DNA of 64,000 bases from Spirochaetia bacterium (GTDB taxonomy: Bacteria; Spirochaetota; Spirochaetia; SZUA-6; Bin103), in the NCBI GenBank assembly GCA_965208575.1, contig CBDBOV010000006.1:461984-525983 (forward strand), given 5' to 3'. The notes beneath the pieces are model-generated. The model was not told where the DNA came from and made no database searches. It worked only from the letters and a program-made list of their open reading frames with translations. A program made the position numbers and the translations under genes. Shown one piece after another: positions 41,475-49,378 of this stretch (its first letter is position 1; each line of letters begins with the position of its first letter).

Positions 41475-43259
41475 CTAGTAGCCCAGCTCCCGCTTCAGCT
41501 CCTGGTCCACCCACAGGTACATGAGGACAGTGGACCGTTGCATCGCGCCGAGTTCGCCTTCCCCGTTGTAGCCCTTGATCCACGGCTGGGTGGCGCCGAA
41601 CAGGGGAGCGATCGGCCCCCTGATCATCCACAGCTGCTCGGCGACCCGCAGGTCGGCCTTCCGCACCCACTCCTTCTGCTCCTCTATCGTGGTGGCGGCC
41701 AGCGCGTTCTCGTAGTACTCGTCGAACACGGGGTCGTTGTTGTTCGCGGGATTCCAAGCGCTTTGCGACCAGTAACCCCCGAGCGGGGCCGTGGCACTTT
41801 GATACTCGGCGGCCCATACGTCGGTGCGCAGACCGAGGTAGGTCTGCTCCAGGGACATCTCGATGTGTTCCGCGCGGGTAACGCCCTGGATCTCGACGTC
41901 GATGCCGATCTGCCTGATGTAATCCATGGCGATCTGGTAGTAGCCGAGGTCGAAGAACTCGTAATGCTGATAGACGGTACTGAAGCGAACGCCGTCGTCA
42001 CCGCGCGGATAGCCGGCCTCGTCGAGTAGCCTCTCCGCCTCCTCGGGGTCGTACCGATAGTACTGCTTGACCTCATCGGGCCATTCCTCGAACGGGACCG
42101 TATACCCGAGGACCGCTTTTCCAACAGGGCCGACCGGGCTTGCATCGCCCCAACCCTGCTGGTAGTTCTCGGCGATGGACTCTTGGTCGATGGCCAGGCT
42201 CAGGGCCTGGCGCACGCGGATGTCGCTCCAGGGCTCCTTCTGGACGTTGAAACCGATCGCCGTTTCCGAACGGTAGGCATACGGGTGCAGCACCAGGTCG
42301 GGATTGGTCTTCTGCAGATTGACCGCCGAGTCGACACTGGTCAGATGGGAGTTGAGCCCGAACCCGATGAAGTCCGCCTGTCCGGAGCGCATCAGTGAGG
42401 TGATGGCGGTCGGGTCGTTGACGATGAGGTACTCGACCGTGTCCGCGTAGGGCAGGCGATAGTCGGGATACTTGGGGTCGAAGCCCCAGTAGTCATCGAT
42501 CCTGGTGTAGGTCCAGGAGCTGCCCTCCACCACGTCGGTGAGCTGGTAGGGCCCCGTTCCGGTCACGTTGCGCCAGTCTTGCATGTCCCCGAATTGGTCG
42601 ACCACCTCGCGGGCGACCACGAACGTATGTAACCCGTAGAGCATGGTCCTCAGGGCAAGGAGACTGGGCTCGCTCAACTTGAATACCACGGTAAAATCGT
42701 CGGTGGCGGTTACCGACTCGAACGGGATCGTGCCGACTTCAGACCCCCCGATATCCGGGCTCGGCTCGCCGCCGTCCACACCCCAGACGAGCCGCTGCCA
42801 GCTGTACTCGACGTCGTGCGCGGTGAGCTGCCGGCCGCTCACCGGTGCCTTGTCGTGCCAGAACACGCCGTCGCGGATCTTGAACACGTAGGTAAGCGGA
42901 TCCGGATTCTCCCAGCTCTCGGCCAGTTGTCCGGTGATGGCCTCATCGGGCAGGAACAGCGTGGTGTAGCCGACCACGCTCCGGTCGATCGCCCAGTCGG
43001 CGATGCCGAGCTTCTCGTTGACCAGCCCGATCCAGGCCCCTGCGGTGTAGCGGTAGTAGGGGTCGATTCCCTCGTTCTTGAAGTTCACGACCGCTCTGAT
43101 CGTGCCGCCATACTCGGGCGCGGTGACCATCTCGCCGGTCGTCGGGTCGAGCACCATCTCCTTCTCGGTGGCGGCCGCCTCCTCGCCCTCGCCGGCGGCG
43201 AACGTAACGGTAGCCACCAACGCGAACACCAGCGCCGGCAGTATGAGTCTTGGAGTCAT
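41475..43259 (-). CDS. ABC transporter substrate-binding protein, family 5 (cassette 4, no permeases)
   Basis: Internal ATG 43259 of ORF 41475..43433. MTPRLILPALVFALVATVTFAAGEGEEAAATEKEMVLDPTTGEMV. Confidence 0.85.
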   Translation of the reverse strand: MTPRLILPALVFALVATVTFAAGEGEEAAATEKEMVLDPTTGEMVTAPEYGGTIRAVVNFKNEGIDPYYRYTAGAWIGLVNEKLGIADWAIDRSVVGYTTLFLPDEAITGQLAESWENPDPLTYVFKIRDGVFWHDKAPVSGRQLTAHDVEYSWQRLVWGVDGGEPSPDIGGSEVGTIPFESVTATDDFTVVFKLSEPSLLALRTMLYGLHTFVVAREVVDQFGDMQDWRNVTGTGPYQLTDVVEGSSWTYTRIDDYWGFDPKYPDYRLPYADTVEYLIVNDPTAITSLMRSGQADFIGFGLNSHLTSVDSAVNLQKTNPDLVLHPYAYRSETAIGFNVQKEPWSDIRVRQALSLAIDQESIAENYQQGWGDASPVGPVGKAVLGYTVPFEEWPDEVKQYYRYDPEEAERLLDEAGYPRGDDGVRFSTVYQHYEFFDLGYYQIAMDYIRQIGIDVEIQGVTRAEHIEMSLEQTYLGLRTDVWAAEYQSATAPLGGYWSQSAWNPANNNDPVFDEYYENALAATTIEEQKEWVRKADLRVAEQLWMIRGPIAPLFGATQPWIKGYNGEGELGAMQRSTVLMYLWVDQELKRELGY

Positions 43260-43404
43260 AACGTAACTCCTCCTCGTTGTCGGGCACGGGACCGCGTCCC
43301 GTGCCCGTGATCTTGGACCGGAAACTCCGGCCATCTCGAGTGGTCCTGGTGGTCGCGCCGTGGAATGGTAGAGCGGCGGGTGTGGATATGGACGAGAGCC
43401 GCTA

Positions 43405-43651
43405 GCAGCCCGTGGTGGAACCCGGCGTAGCACCGAGAGCGGCGAGGCGCCCGGTTGGCAAGGCGCGAAGAACGAGCATATCCGGGCGCAGGAGTCTGTC
43501 GGGTGACGACAGGCTCCTGCGCGCAGGTGAGGATGGGCCGAAAACGGCGTCCATTGGACGACGGTTTCGGGGCGATACGTGAGCGAGGAGCAACGCAGCC
43601 AGCCGGGATGGATCGCCGCTCGAATGCAGCCGGAGTTCCGCCACGGGCTGC
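43405..43651 (-). mobile_element. 247-bp TIR-bounded non-coding element, copy B (uninterrupted)
   Basis: Left end gcagcccgtggtggaacccgg. The complement of the right end reads gcagcccgtggcggaactccgg (19/21). The element is absent from the leaders at 39241, 51320, 56390 and 60738, where the flanks join. It contains long internal hairpins. Confidence 0.65.
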
Positions 43652-43740
43652 TCGGTCGTCAGCGGCGCGGATGGCGACAGAGTGGTGGACGTGGCTCGGT
43701 GAGCGGAGAGAGCGGTCAGTTACCGAGTGCTTGGTTTGTT

Positions 43741-43758
43741 GCGGAGCAGGACGGAGCG
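43741..43758. repeat. Leader 10-bp repeat, about 1.5 units (L4)
   Basis: gcggagcaggacggagcg. Confidence 0.7.
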
Positions 43759-44164
43759 TTAGCGTTTGCAGCGAACCGCGCCCGCGGCGGGCTGTGTAAT
43801 CGCGTTTCATCCGCGCTTGTCCTCCTCCGGGAGGCCACCACGCTAGCACACGCCCCGACCACCGTCAAGCACGCGTTTGGAGGGTTGGCGGGTTGGTGGT
43901 TGCCACAGTTCCTCGGAGCATATTCTACGCCGCTTCCAGTCGTGACCTGGATCCGTTCAGTTGCAACGACGGGTCATACCCTACGGCTGCAAGACGCGTA
44001 ACCGCTCGACACCGGGTTCACAAGACAACGGCCGTTCCGAAAGGGATCAGCAGGAGGACGCAGCGGATGGCGTACGCTCTCACGGCAATGGAGACGATTG
44101 TTACGACAAGCGGGACCGTGAGACGAACCCTCAGCGTGGTCGGTGCGTGGTGACGCGCTTGTCG

Positions 44165-44422
44165 CTACTTGTCCACCTTGGCAACCAGCGGGTACCTCTC
44201 CGGATGCTGGATGCGATCAACGTCAAGGTCTACGTCCAGGTCAGGCCAGTGGAAGTGCCCGTCCCGCTCTTCGATGACATTGAACACCTGATCCACCGAA
44301 GCCCACCGAAACCACGGAAATCGATCGTGGTCCAGGTACAACTCGGTGTCGCACCATGCCAGCCATAGGCCGGCCGGAGTGAGCTGCACAACCTCAGGTC
44401 GCGAAGTGCTGGTTCCAGGCAT
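44165..44422 (-). CDS. DUF2442-domain protein
   Basis: PEVVQLTPAGLWLAWCDTELYLDHDRFPWFRWASVDQVFNVIEE...HWPDLDVDLDVDRIQHPERYPL. Confidence 0.7.
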   Translation of the reverse strand: MPGTSTSRPEVVQLTPAGLWLAWCDTELYLDHDRFPWFRWASVDQVFNVIEERDGHFHWPDLDVDLDVDRIQHPERYPLVAKVDK

Positions 44423-44671
44423 TTACAATCTCCTCCTTTCGTCGCTCGATGATTCGCTGGATCTCTCTCGATTCGTGGGCCCTGATGCCATTGACATTGC
44501 CAATTCGACGTCCGGGTCGAGCGAGAATTTCGCCTCGCCGCTTGCGCAGATCACGTGCACGTGGATTCGCGCTTCTTCCCGTGAGAAGAAGAACCGATAC
44601 GGACCCTCCCTGAACACAGTCGGGCTCCCGTGAGTGAGTATAGCGTCCCTGGAAGCCTGACAGTAGGGCAC
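44394..44671 (-). pseudogene. DUF4160-domain protein, frameshifted
   Basis: PTVFREGPYRFFFSREEARIHVHVICASGEAKFSLDPDVELA is in ORF 44423..44671. The continuation NVNGIRAHESREIQRIIERRKEEIVNAWNQHF is in ORF 44394..44723. Confidence 0.6.
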
Positions 44672-44685
44672 GGTCTGATGACGGA

Positions 44686-45069
44686 CTACCGGCTATCCTT
44701 GCGTTCCAGCTTCTGCAGGGCACGGGTGGCGCGCTCGGCGGCGCGGGCGCCTACGCCGCCGGCCACCCCGCCGCCGCCGCGCAGGCGCGGGTCCAGCAGG
44801 TCGCGCAGCGCGTCGCCGACCATGTTCAGGCAGTACACCACCAGCGTCAGCGCCACCCCCGGCCACATCGCCATCCGCGGCGCCATCTCCATGTACTGCC
44901 GCCCCTCGCGGCTCAGCATCGTGCCCCAGCTCGGCACGTCCGGCGGCAGCCCGAAGCCCAGGAAGCTCAAGGACGCCTCCGCGATGATCGCCCACCCGAT
45001 CGTGATCGAGTAGATGATGATGATGATCGGCGCCGTGATGTTGGGCCACACGTGGCGCACCAGCGTCCG
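44686..45069 (-). pseudogene. 3' ~125 codons of a DppC-like permease
   Basis: RTLVRHVWPNITAPIII...LDPRLRGGGGVAGGVGARAAERATRALQKLERKDSR. The 5' breakpoint is identical to that of 40669..40758. Confidence 0.8.
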
Positions 45070-45295
45070 AGCGCTGGGGACCACGCGCAGTTACTTCGCC
45101 AAGCCATACGCCGCCATCTTGTTCGAGTGGTAGTTGCCGGCAAGAGAGGAGCCTCCCGCCGCACCCCGCGCGGACGCGGAGCAAGTACTTAGGCCTCGCC
45201 GCTCCGCGCTTGCCCTGTGTGGATGTCGGGCGACCGATACGAACGCCGCTAAGGACGATGGATATGTGTCGGAGAAGTGGCCTGGCGTGGCCGGG

Positions 45296-46318
45296 CTACG
45301 AGCCGGAGCGATCGATGCGCGCAAGGAAGTCGGCAGTCGTGGCGCAGTCCACGATCCACTCCCCGGTCTCGGCGAGACGATCCGCGTCCGTCATCTCGGC
45401 AAGCACCGTCGCCAGCCGCTCCGCCGCCGCAGGGCCGAACCGCCGCTCCGCCAAGCGGCGCAACAACGCCTTCTGCCGCTCGATGCCCTGCTCGATGCCC
45501 TGCTCGATGCCCTGCTCGATCCCCTGCTCGATGCCCTGCTCGATCCCCTGCTCCAGGATTTCCGCTCCCCAGCGATCAATCTTTTCCGCCAACACTGCAC
45601 TTGCCTCCTCGTACTCGCGGATCGATGGCAGCTCCACGCCCCACTTCCGCCCCAGGGCGCCGAGCCACATGTCAAAGGTCCTCGTCAGCCCCGGCTCGCC
45701 AGCCTCGGCGAGCCACTCACCCAACTCCCTCACCCGTTCCGGCAGAGTCCCGGCCTGCACACTCTGCTCCACTTCCGCCACCCACCGTAGCAGGTTCGAC
45801 CGTGGCAGACCATCACCCCTCACCGCCACCAGATCAATCACCTCGTAGCTCAGCGCCAGATGCGCGGCACCGTCCTGCTCCGTCCGCTCCACCAGCCCGG
45901 CGAGCGTCATCGGCGCGTCCCACCGGTTGTCTCCATTGTACACGACCACGTGCAACACCGCGTCGGCCGTGTCGCTCTTCCTCCACTTGGTGCGGTCATG
46001 GTACAGCCGCTGGTACAGCAGGCTCGTGTAGTTCAGGAACCGTAGCGGCATCGAGTAGTCCACGCTCGACTGATGCTCGATCACCACGTGCAGCGTGTGC
46101 ACGCCGCCGCGCCCGTCGCGCCGGTCGATCGACCACACCACGTCACCAAGCCGCCGCCGCAACTCGTCGGTGACGTTCTCGGTGGGGCCTTCGCGCAGGC
46201 TGTCGAAGTCGAGAGCGGCGGCCCATCCCGACGGCCGCCGCGGGGCGATGAACCCGAGGAGCAAGTCCTTGACGATGCGTTGGTGCGTGAGCAGGCGTTT
46301 GTACGCGGGGTCGTCCAT
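45296..46318 (-). CDS. Rpn/YhgA-like PD-(D/E)XK nuclease (copy R4, intact)
   Basis: ATG 46318 (MDDPAYKRLLTHQRIVKDLL) in ORF 45296..46348. LHVVIEHQSSVDYSMPLRFLNY. Six EQGI units. Confidence 0.85.
   Translation of the reverse strand: MDDPAYKRLLTHQRIVKDLLLGFIAPRRPSGWAAALDFDSLREGPTENVTDELRRRLGDVVWSIDRRDGRGGVHTLHVVIEHQSSVDYSMPLRFLNYTSLLYQRLYHDRTKWRKSDTADAVLHVVVYNGDNRWDAPMTLAGLVERTEQDGAAHLALSYEVIDLVAVRGDGLPRSNLLRWVAEVEQSVQAGTLPERVRELGEWLAEAGEPGLTRTFDMWLGALGRKWGVELPSIREYEEASAVLAEKIDRWGAEILEQGIEQGIEQGIEQGIEQGIEQGIERQKALLRRLAERRFGPAAAERLATVLAEMTDADRLAETGEWIVDCATTADFLARIDRSGS
45477..45553. repeat. 12-bp in-frame tandem repeat in R4, about 6 units
   Basis: The protein reads EQGIEQGIEQGIEQGIEQGIEQGIERQ. 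Confidence 0.9.
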
Positions 46319-46541
46319 GGTTCTCTGCCGGTGGCCGCGCCATCGCAACGACGCCGCGCCATTCGGCGGGGGATTCTAACCTGACGACTTGCGGGGCGGT
46401 AGCGCCTCGCGTGAGGTGCGTGAGGTGCGTGAGGTGATGGTTGTCGGGGCGCTGACGATGGGGTACGCGACCGTATCCGCGCAGACAGGGCAGCCGATTG
46501 TCGGAAAGACGTTCGTGAGCCAAGTGTGCGGCGGGCCGGAT

Positions 46542-46716
46542 TCAGTGCGATCGTTCCAGCTTCTGCAGGGCACTGGTGGCGCGGTCGGCGGCGCGGGCGC
46601 CTACCCCGCCGGCCAGCGAGCCGCCGCCGCGCACGCGCGGGTCCAGCAGTTCGCGTAGCGCGTCGCCGACCATGTTCAGGCAGTACACCACCAGGGTCAG
46701 CGCCACCCCCGGCCAC
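46542..46716 (-). pseudogene. Orphan 3' tail (~57 codons) of a DppC-like permease
   Basis: Matches permC 3' ends (...VYCLNMVGDAL...ALQKLERSH*). Upstream it abuts a truncated uxaA-like gene. Confidence 0.75.
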
Positions 46717-46726
46717 CGACGAGCAC

Positions 46727-46909
46727 TCAGGCAGTCATCTCCCTGTCCCGGCCGGTGTGGTCGCTGTACGTGTCGGGGGCCACGTCGATCGTCCTCGTGC
46801 CCGCCACGAAGTCGCAGATCTTGGTGCCCTCGAGTCCGCCGGGAATTACCAGCACGTGGTTGCGGATACCCACCGAGCCATCCGATCGTTCGTAGCCCAG
46901 GAAGTTCAT
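46727..46909 (-). pseudogene. UxaA-family (altronate/galactarate-type) dehydratase large subunit, first ~55 codons only
   Basis: MNFLGYERSDGSVGIRNHVLVIPGG... then a premature end at the junction with the permease tail. Confidence 0.6.
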
Positions 46910-47205
46910 CGCGAGCTCAGATCTCCTCTGCCCCTATTTCCCTCGAGATTGTGCACGTGGACAAGATCGCCGACCGCAATATCCCGGGACTCGAGGCCGA
47001 TCGACTGCCCATACTTGGTGACGTGCGCGCCCTTGGGAATGGCGCGGATTGCAAGCTTGAAGCCGAAGGGTATCCGTTCACGCACTTCCACGCTGCTGGC
47101 GTGTCCCGCCAGGCGAACCGCAACGCTCGCGTGCGGCTCCACGGTCTCGACCGCGGTGGCGACGTTATCGTTCTCCGCGAGCTGGATGGCGCCGCTGAAT
47201 GACAT
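46906..47205 (-). CDS. UxaA-family dehydratase N-terminal SAF-domain subunit
   Basis: NDNVATAVETVEPHASV...IPFGFKLAIRAIPKGAHVTKYGQSIGLESRDIAVGDLVHVHN. Confidence 0.7.
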   Translation of the reverse strand: MSFSGAIQLAENDNVATAVETVEPHASVAVRLAGHASSVEVRERIPFGFKLAIRAIPKGAHVTKYGQSIGLESRDIAVGDLVHVHNLEGNRGRGDLSSR

Positions 47206-47388
47206 TGCATCTCCTTTGAAATCTCGACCCGCCAGGGGGTCCGCCGGCCCCGCAACGTGGTGGCGAAGTGGTTTGCCGGAGTGTGTCGAAGAACCGGGAA
47301 AAACACAACGGGTTCTGGACCGAGAACGCGGTGCCGCGCACCTCGTACGTCCTCGCGGTACAGCGATAGTTGAAGGTCTCGATGCCGG

Positions 47389-48249
47389 TCACTTCTTGGG
47401 CGCTCCGTAGCGACCGCTACCGCCGCGCAGCCGGGGGTCGAGCAGGTCGCGGATCGCGTCGCCGAACATGTTGATGCCGTACACGACAACGGTCAGGCAC
47501 AGGCCCGGCCAGATCGCCAGCCGCGGCGCGATGGTCATGTACTGGCGTCCCTCGCGGCTGAGCATGCCGCCCCAGCTCGGCACCGTGGTCGGCAGTCCGA
47601 AGCCGAGGAAGCTCAGCGACGCCTCGGCCACGATGATGGCGCCGATGGTGATCGAGAAGATGATGATGATGGGCGGCATGACATTCGGCAGCACGTGTCG
47701 CCACAGGATCTGTGCGGCGGGGCTGCCAACTGCTCGGGCGGCCTGGAAGTAGTCGTTCTCCTTGATGGCGATGACGGCACTGCGCATCACCCGGGAATTG
47801 CTGATGCCCGAGGAGATGCCGAGCACGACAATGATCTGTAGCACACCACGGCCGGCCAGCGACATGATCGTCAGCAACAGCAGCAGCCCCGGCATCGACA
47901 TCCACGCGTCGACGAAGCGTTGCACTATCAGATCGTATTTTCCGCCGAGAAACCCGGCGACGCCACCGACCAGCGCCGCGACCACCACGTGCAAGGTGGT
48001 CGCCGCCAGCCCGACAAACAGCGACAGGCGCGCCCCGTGGATCAGCCGGCTCAGGAAGTCGCGTCCCAGCTGGTCGGTGCCGAGCGGATGCACGCTCGAT
48101 GGCTCCGCCAGGCGATTATCCAGGTTCATCTCGCCGAAACGAAATGGCGCCAGAACATCGGCAAAGACACTCACCAGGATCAACACCAGCAGGATGGCGG
48201 CCCCGACGGTACCCAACGGATGCTCCCTGAGCAGTCTCTTCAGCAGCAT
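47389..48249 (-). CDS. ABC transporter permease, DppC/OppC-like (cassette 5)
   Basis: 286-aa ORF. HPLGTDQLGRDFLSRLIHGARLSL. Same sub-family as cassette 1. Confidence 0.85.
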   Translation of the reverse strand: MLLKRLLREHPLGTVGAAILLVLILVSVFADVLAPFRFGEMNLDNRLAEPSSVHPLGTDQLGRDFLSRLIHGARLSLFVGLAATTLHVVVAALVGGVAGFLGGKYDLIVQRFVDAWMSMPGLLLLLTIMSLAGRGVLQIIVVLGISSGISNSRVMRSAVIAIKENDYFQAARAVGSPAAQILWRHVLPNVMPPIIIIFSITIGAIIVAEASLSFLGFGLPTTVPSWGGMLSREGRQYMTIAPRLAIWPGLCLTVVVYGINMFGDAIRDLLDPRLRGGSGRYGAPKK

Positions 48250-48254
48250 ACCCG

Positions 48255-49217
48255 CTACCGGTAGCGCACGCGCGGGTCGAGCAACCCGTAGAGCAGATCG
48301 ACCACCAGGTTGATGACCACCACGCCGGCGGCAAAGACCAGGTTTACGCCGGAGACCATCGGGTAATCTCGGTCGACGAGGGCATTCACCAAGAGACGCC
48401 CGATCCCCGGCAGGTTGAAGATGTTCTCCATTATTACCGATCCGCCGATCAGGATGGGGAGCTGCAGACCGGTGAGGGTGATCACCGGAATGAGGGCATT
48501 CTTGATGGCGTGCCTGACGACGACCACTCGTTCCCGCAGGCCCTTGGACCAGGCCGTTCGTACGTAGTCTTGCCTGAGCACCTCCAGCATCATGGTGCGG
48601 GTCATGCGCATGGTCGCGGCGGCGAAGTAGGTGCCCAGAATCAGACTGGGGACGATGAACACGCCGAGATTGCCGAGCAGGTCATCGGAGAGGGCAATCA
48701 TCCGAATCGGCGGGGTCCAGTTCCACCAGATCGCCGGAAAGACAATGACCAGCAGACCCAGCCAGAAGTTGGGCGTCGCCAATCCGACTACCGCTAGGGA
48801 ACGCCCAGCGTAGTCGGCGAGCGTGTTACGGCGGATCGCCGAGTAGATGCCCACCGGCAGCGCGATGATGAGCCCGATGGCGATTGACAGAAGGCCAAGC
48901 TCGAGGGTGACCGGCAACCTGCGGAGAATCTGCTCCTCTATCGTAATGGCGCTGCCAAGCAGCGACTTCCCGAGCGTGCCGTCCAGCACGATGCCGCCGA
49001 TCCAGCGCGCGTACTGCACGTGCGCAGGCACATCAAGGCCGAGAAAGCGCTCGAGCTCTGCGCGAGTTTCAACAGTTCCTCCAGAAATACTGCTGGTCAA
49101 AAGCATCGCGTCGATAACATCACCGGGGATGAAACGGATGAGCAGGAACACCAGGATGCTGACCAACAACAACGTCGGGATCATCAGCAGCAGCCGTCTA
49201 ATGATGTAGGCTCTCAT
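48255..49217 (-). CDS. ABC transporter permease, DppB/OppB-like (cassette 5)
   Basis: 320-aa ORF. MRAYIIRRLLLMIPTLLLVSILVF...MLEVLRQDYVRTAWSKGL. Confidence 0.85.
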   Translation of the reverse strand: MRAYIIRRLLLMIPTLLLVSILVFLLIRFIPGDVIDAMLLTSSISGGTVETRAELERFLGLDVPAHVQYARWIGGIVLDGTLGKSLLGSAITIEEQILRRLPVTLELGLLSIAIGLIIALPVGIYSAIRRNTLADYAGRSLAVVGLATPNFWLGLLVIVFPAIWWNWTPPIRMIALSDDLLGNLGVFIVPSLILGTYFAAATMRMTRTMMLEVLRQDYVRTAWSKGLRERVVVVRHAIKNALIPVITLTGLQLPILIGGSVIMENIFNLPGIGRLLVNALVDRDYPMVSGVNLVFAAGVVVINLVVDLLYGLLDPRVRYR

Positions 49218-49378
49218 GAAGCGTGGTGCTGTTGGGGTAGGCGTTGGAACGGCGGCTCTCTCACCGCCATCCCAACGCCGCGATCATGGAGTCGCGCAGC
49301 GACTCCTAAAGCCAACGGCGAAGCCGCTCGTGGACCCCGCCTCAGGCGGGTCCTCAATGAATCGGCGCAGCCGATTCA

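Larger units (their letters stand above)
43260..43868 (-). promoter_or_regulatory. Conserved SBP leader, copy L4 (contains the 247-bp element)
   Basis: -35 TTGACG 43863..43868, 17 nt, -10 TAGCGT 43840..43845, GGAGGAGG, ATG 43810 (MKRDYTARR). This upstream ORF stays open to TGA 43258..43256, overlapping the SBP ATG. Confidence 0.5.

Noticed and set aside
43405-43651. The 247-bp element considered as an ORF-less group II intron derivative (its 3' part has an AGC...GGUUC stretch resembling domain V).
   Set aside because: The candidate helix is 38-40 nt with a G.G mismatch instead of the fixed 34-nt domain V. The ends lack GUGYG/AY. The intron-containing copy has its own domain V/VI inside the insert. 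Absence boundaries in four other leaders coincide with the TIRs.
43256-43849. Long ORFs spanning whole leaders (43256..43849, 56249..56587, 60278..60943, 27195..27650) considered as real protein genes.
   Set aside because: Only the first ~9 codons (MKRD.TARR) are conserved as peptide. The downstream sequence is conserved at the DNA level but read in different frames in different copies. They are treated as possible regulatory upstream ORFs, not proteins.
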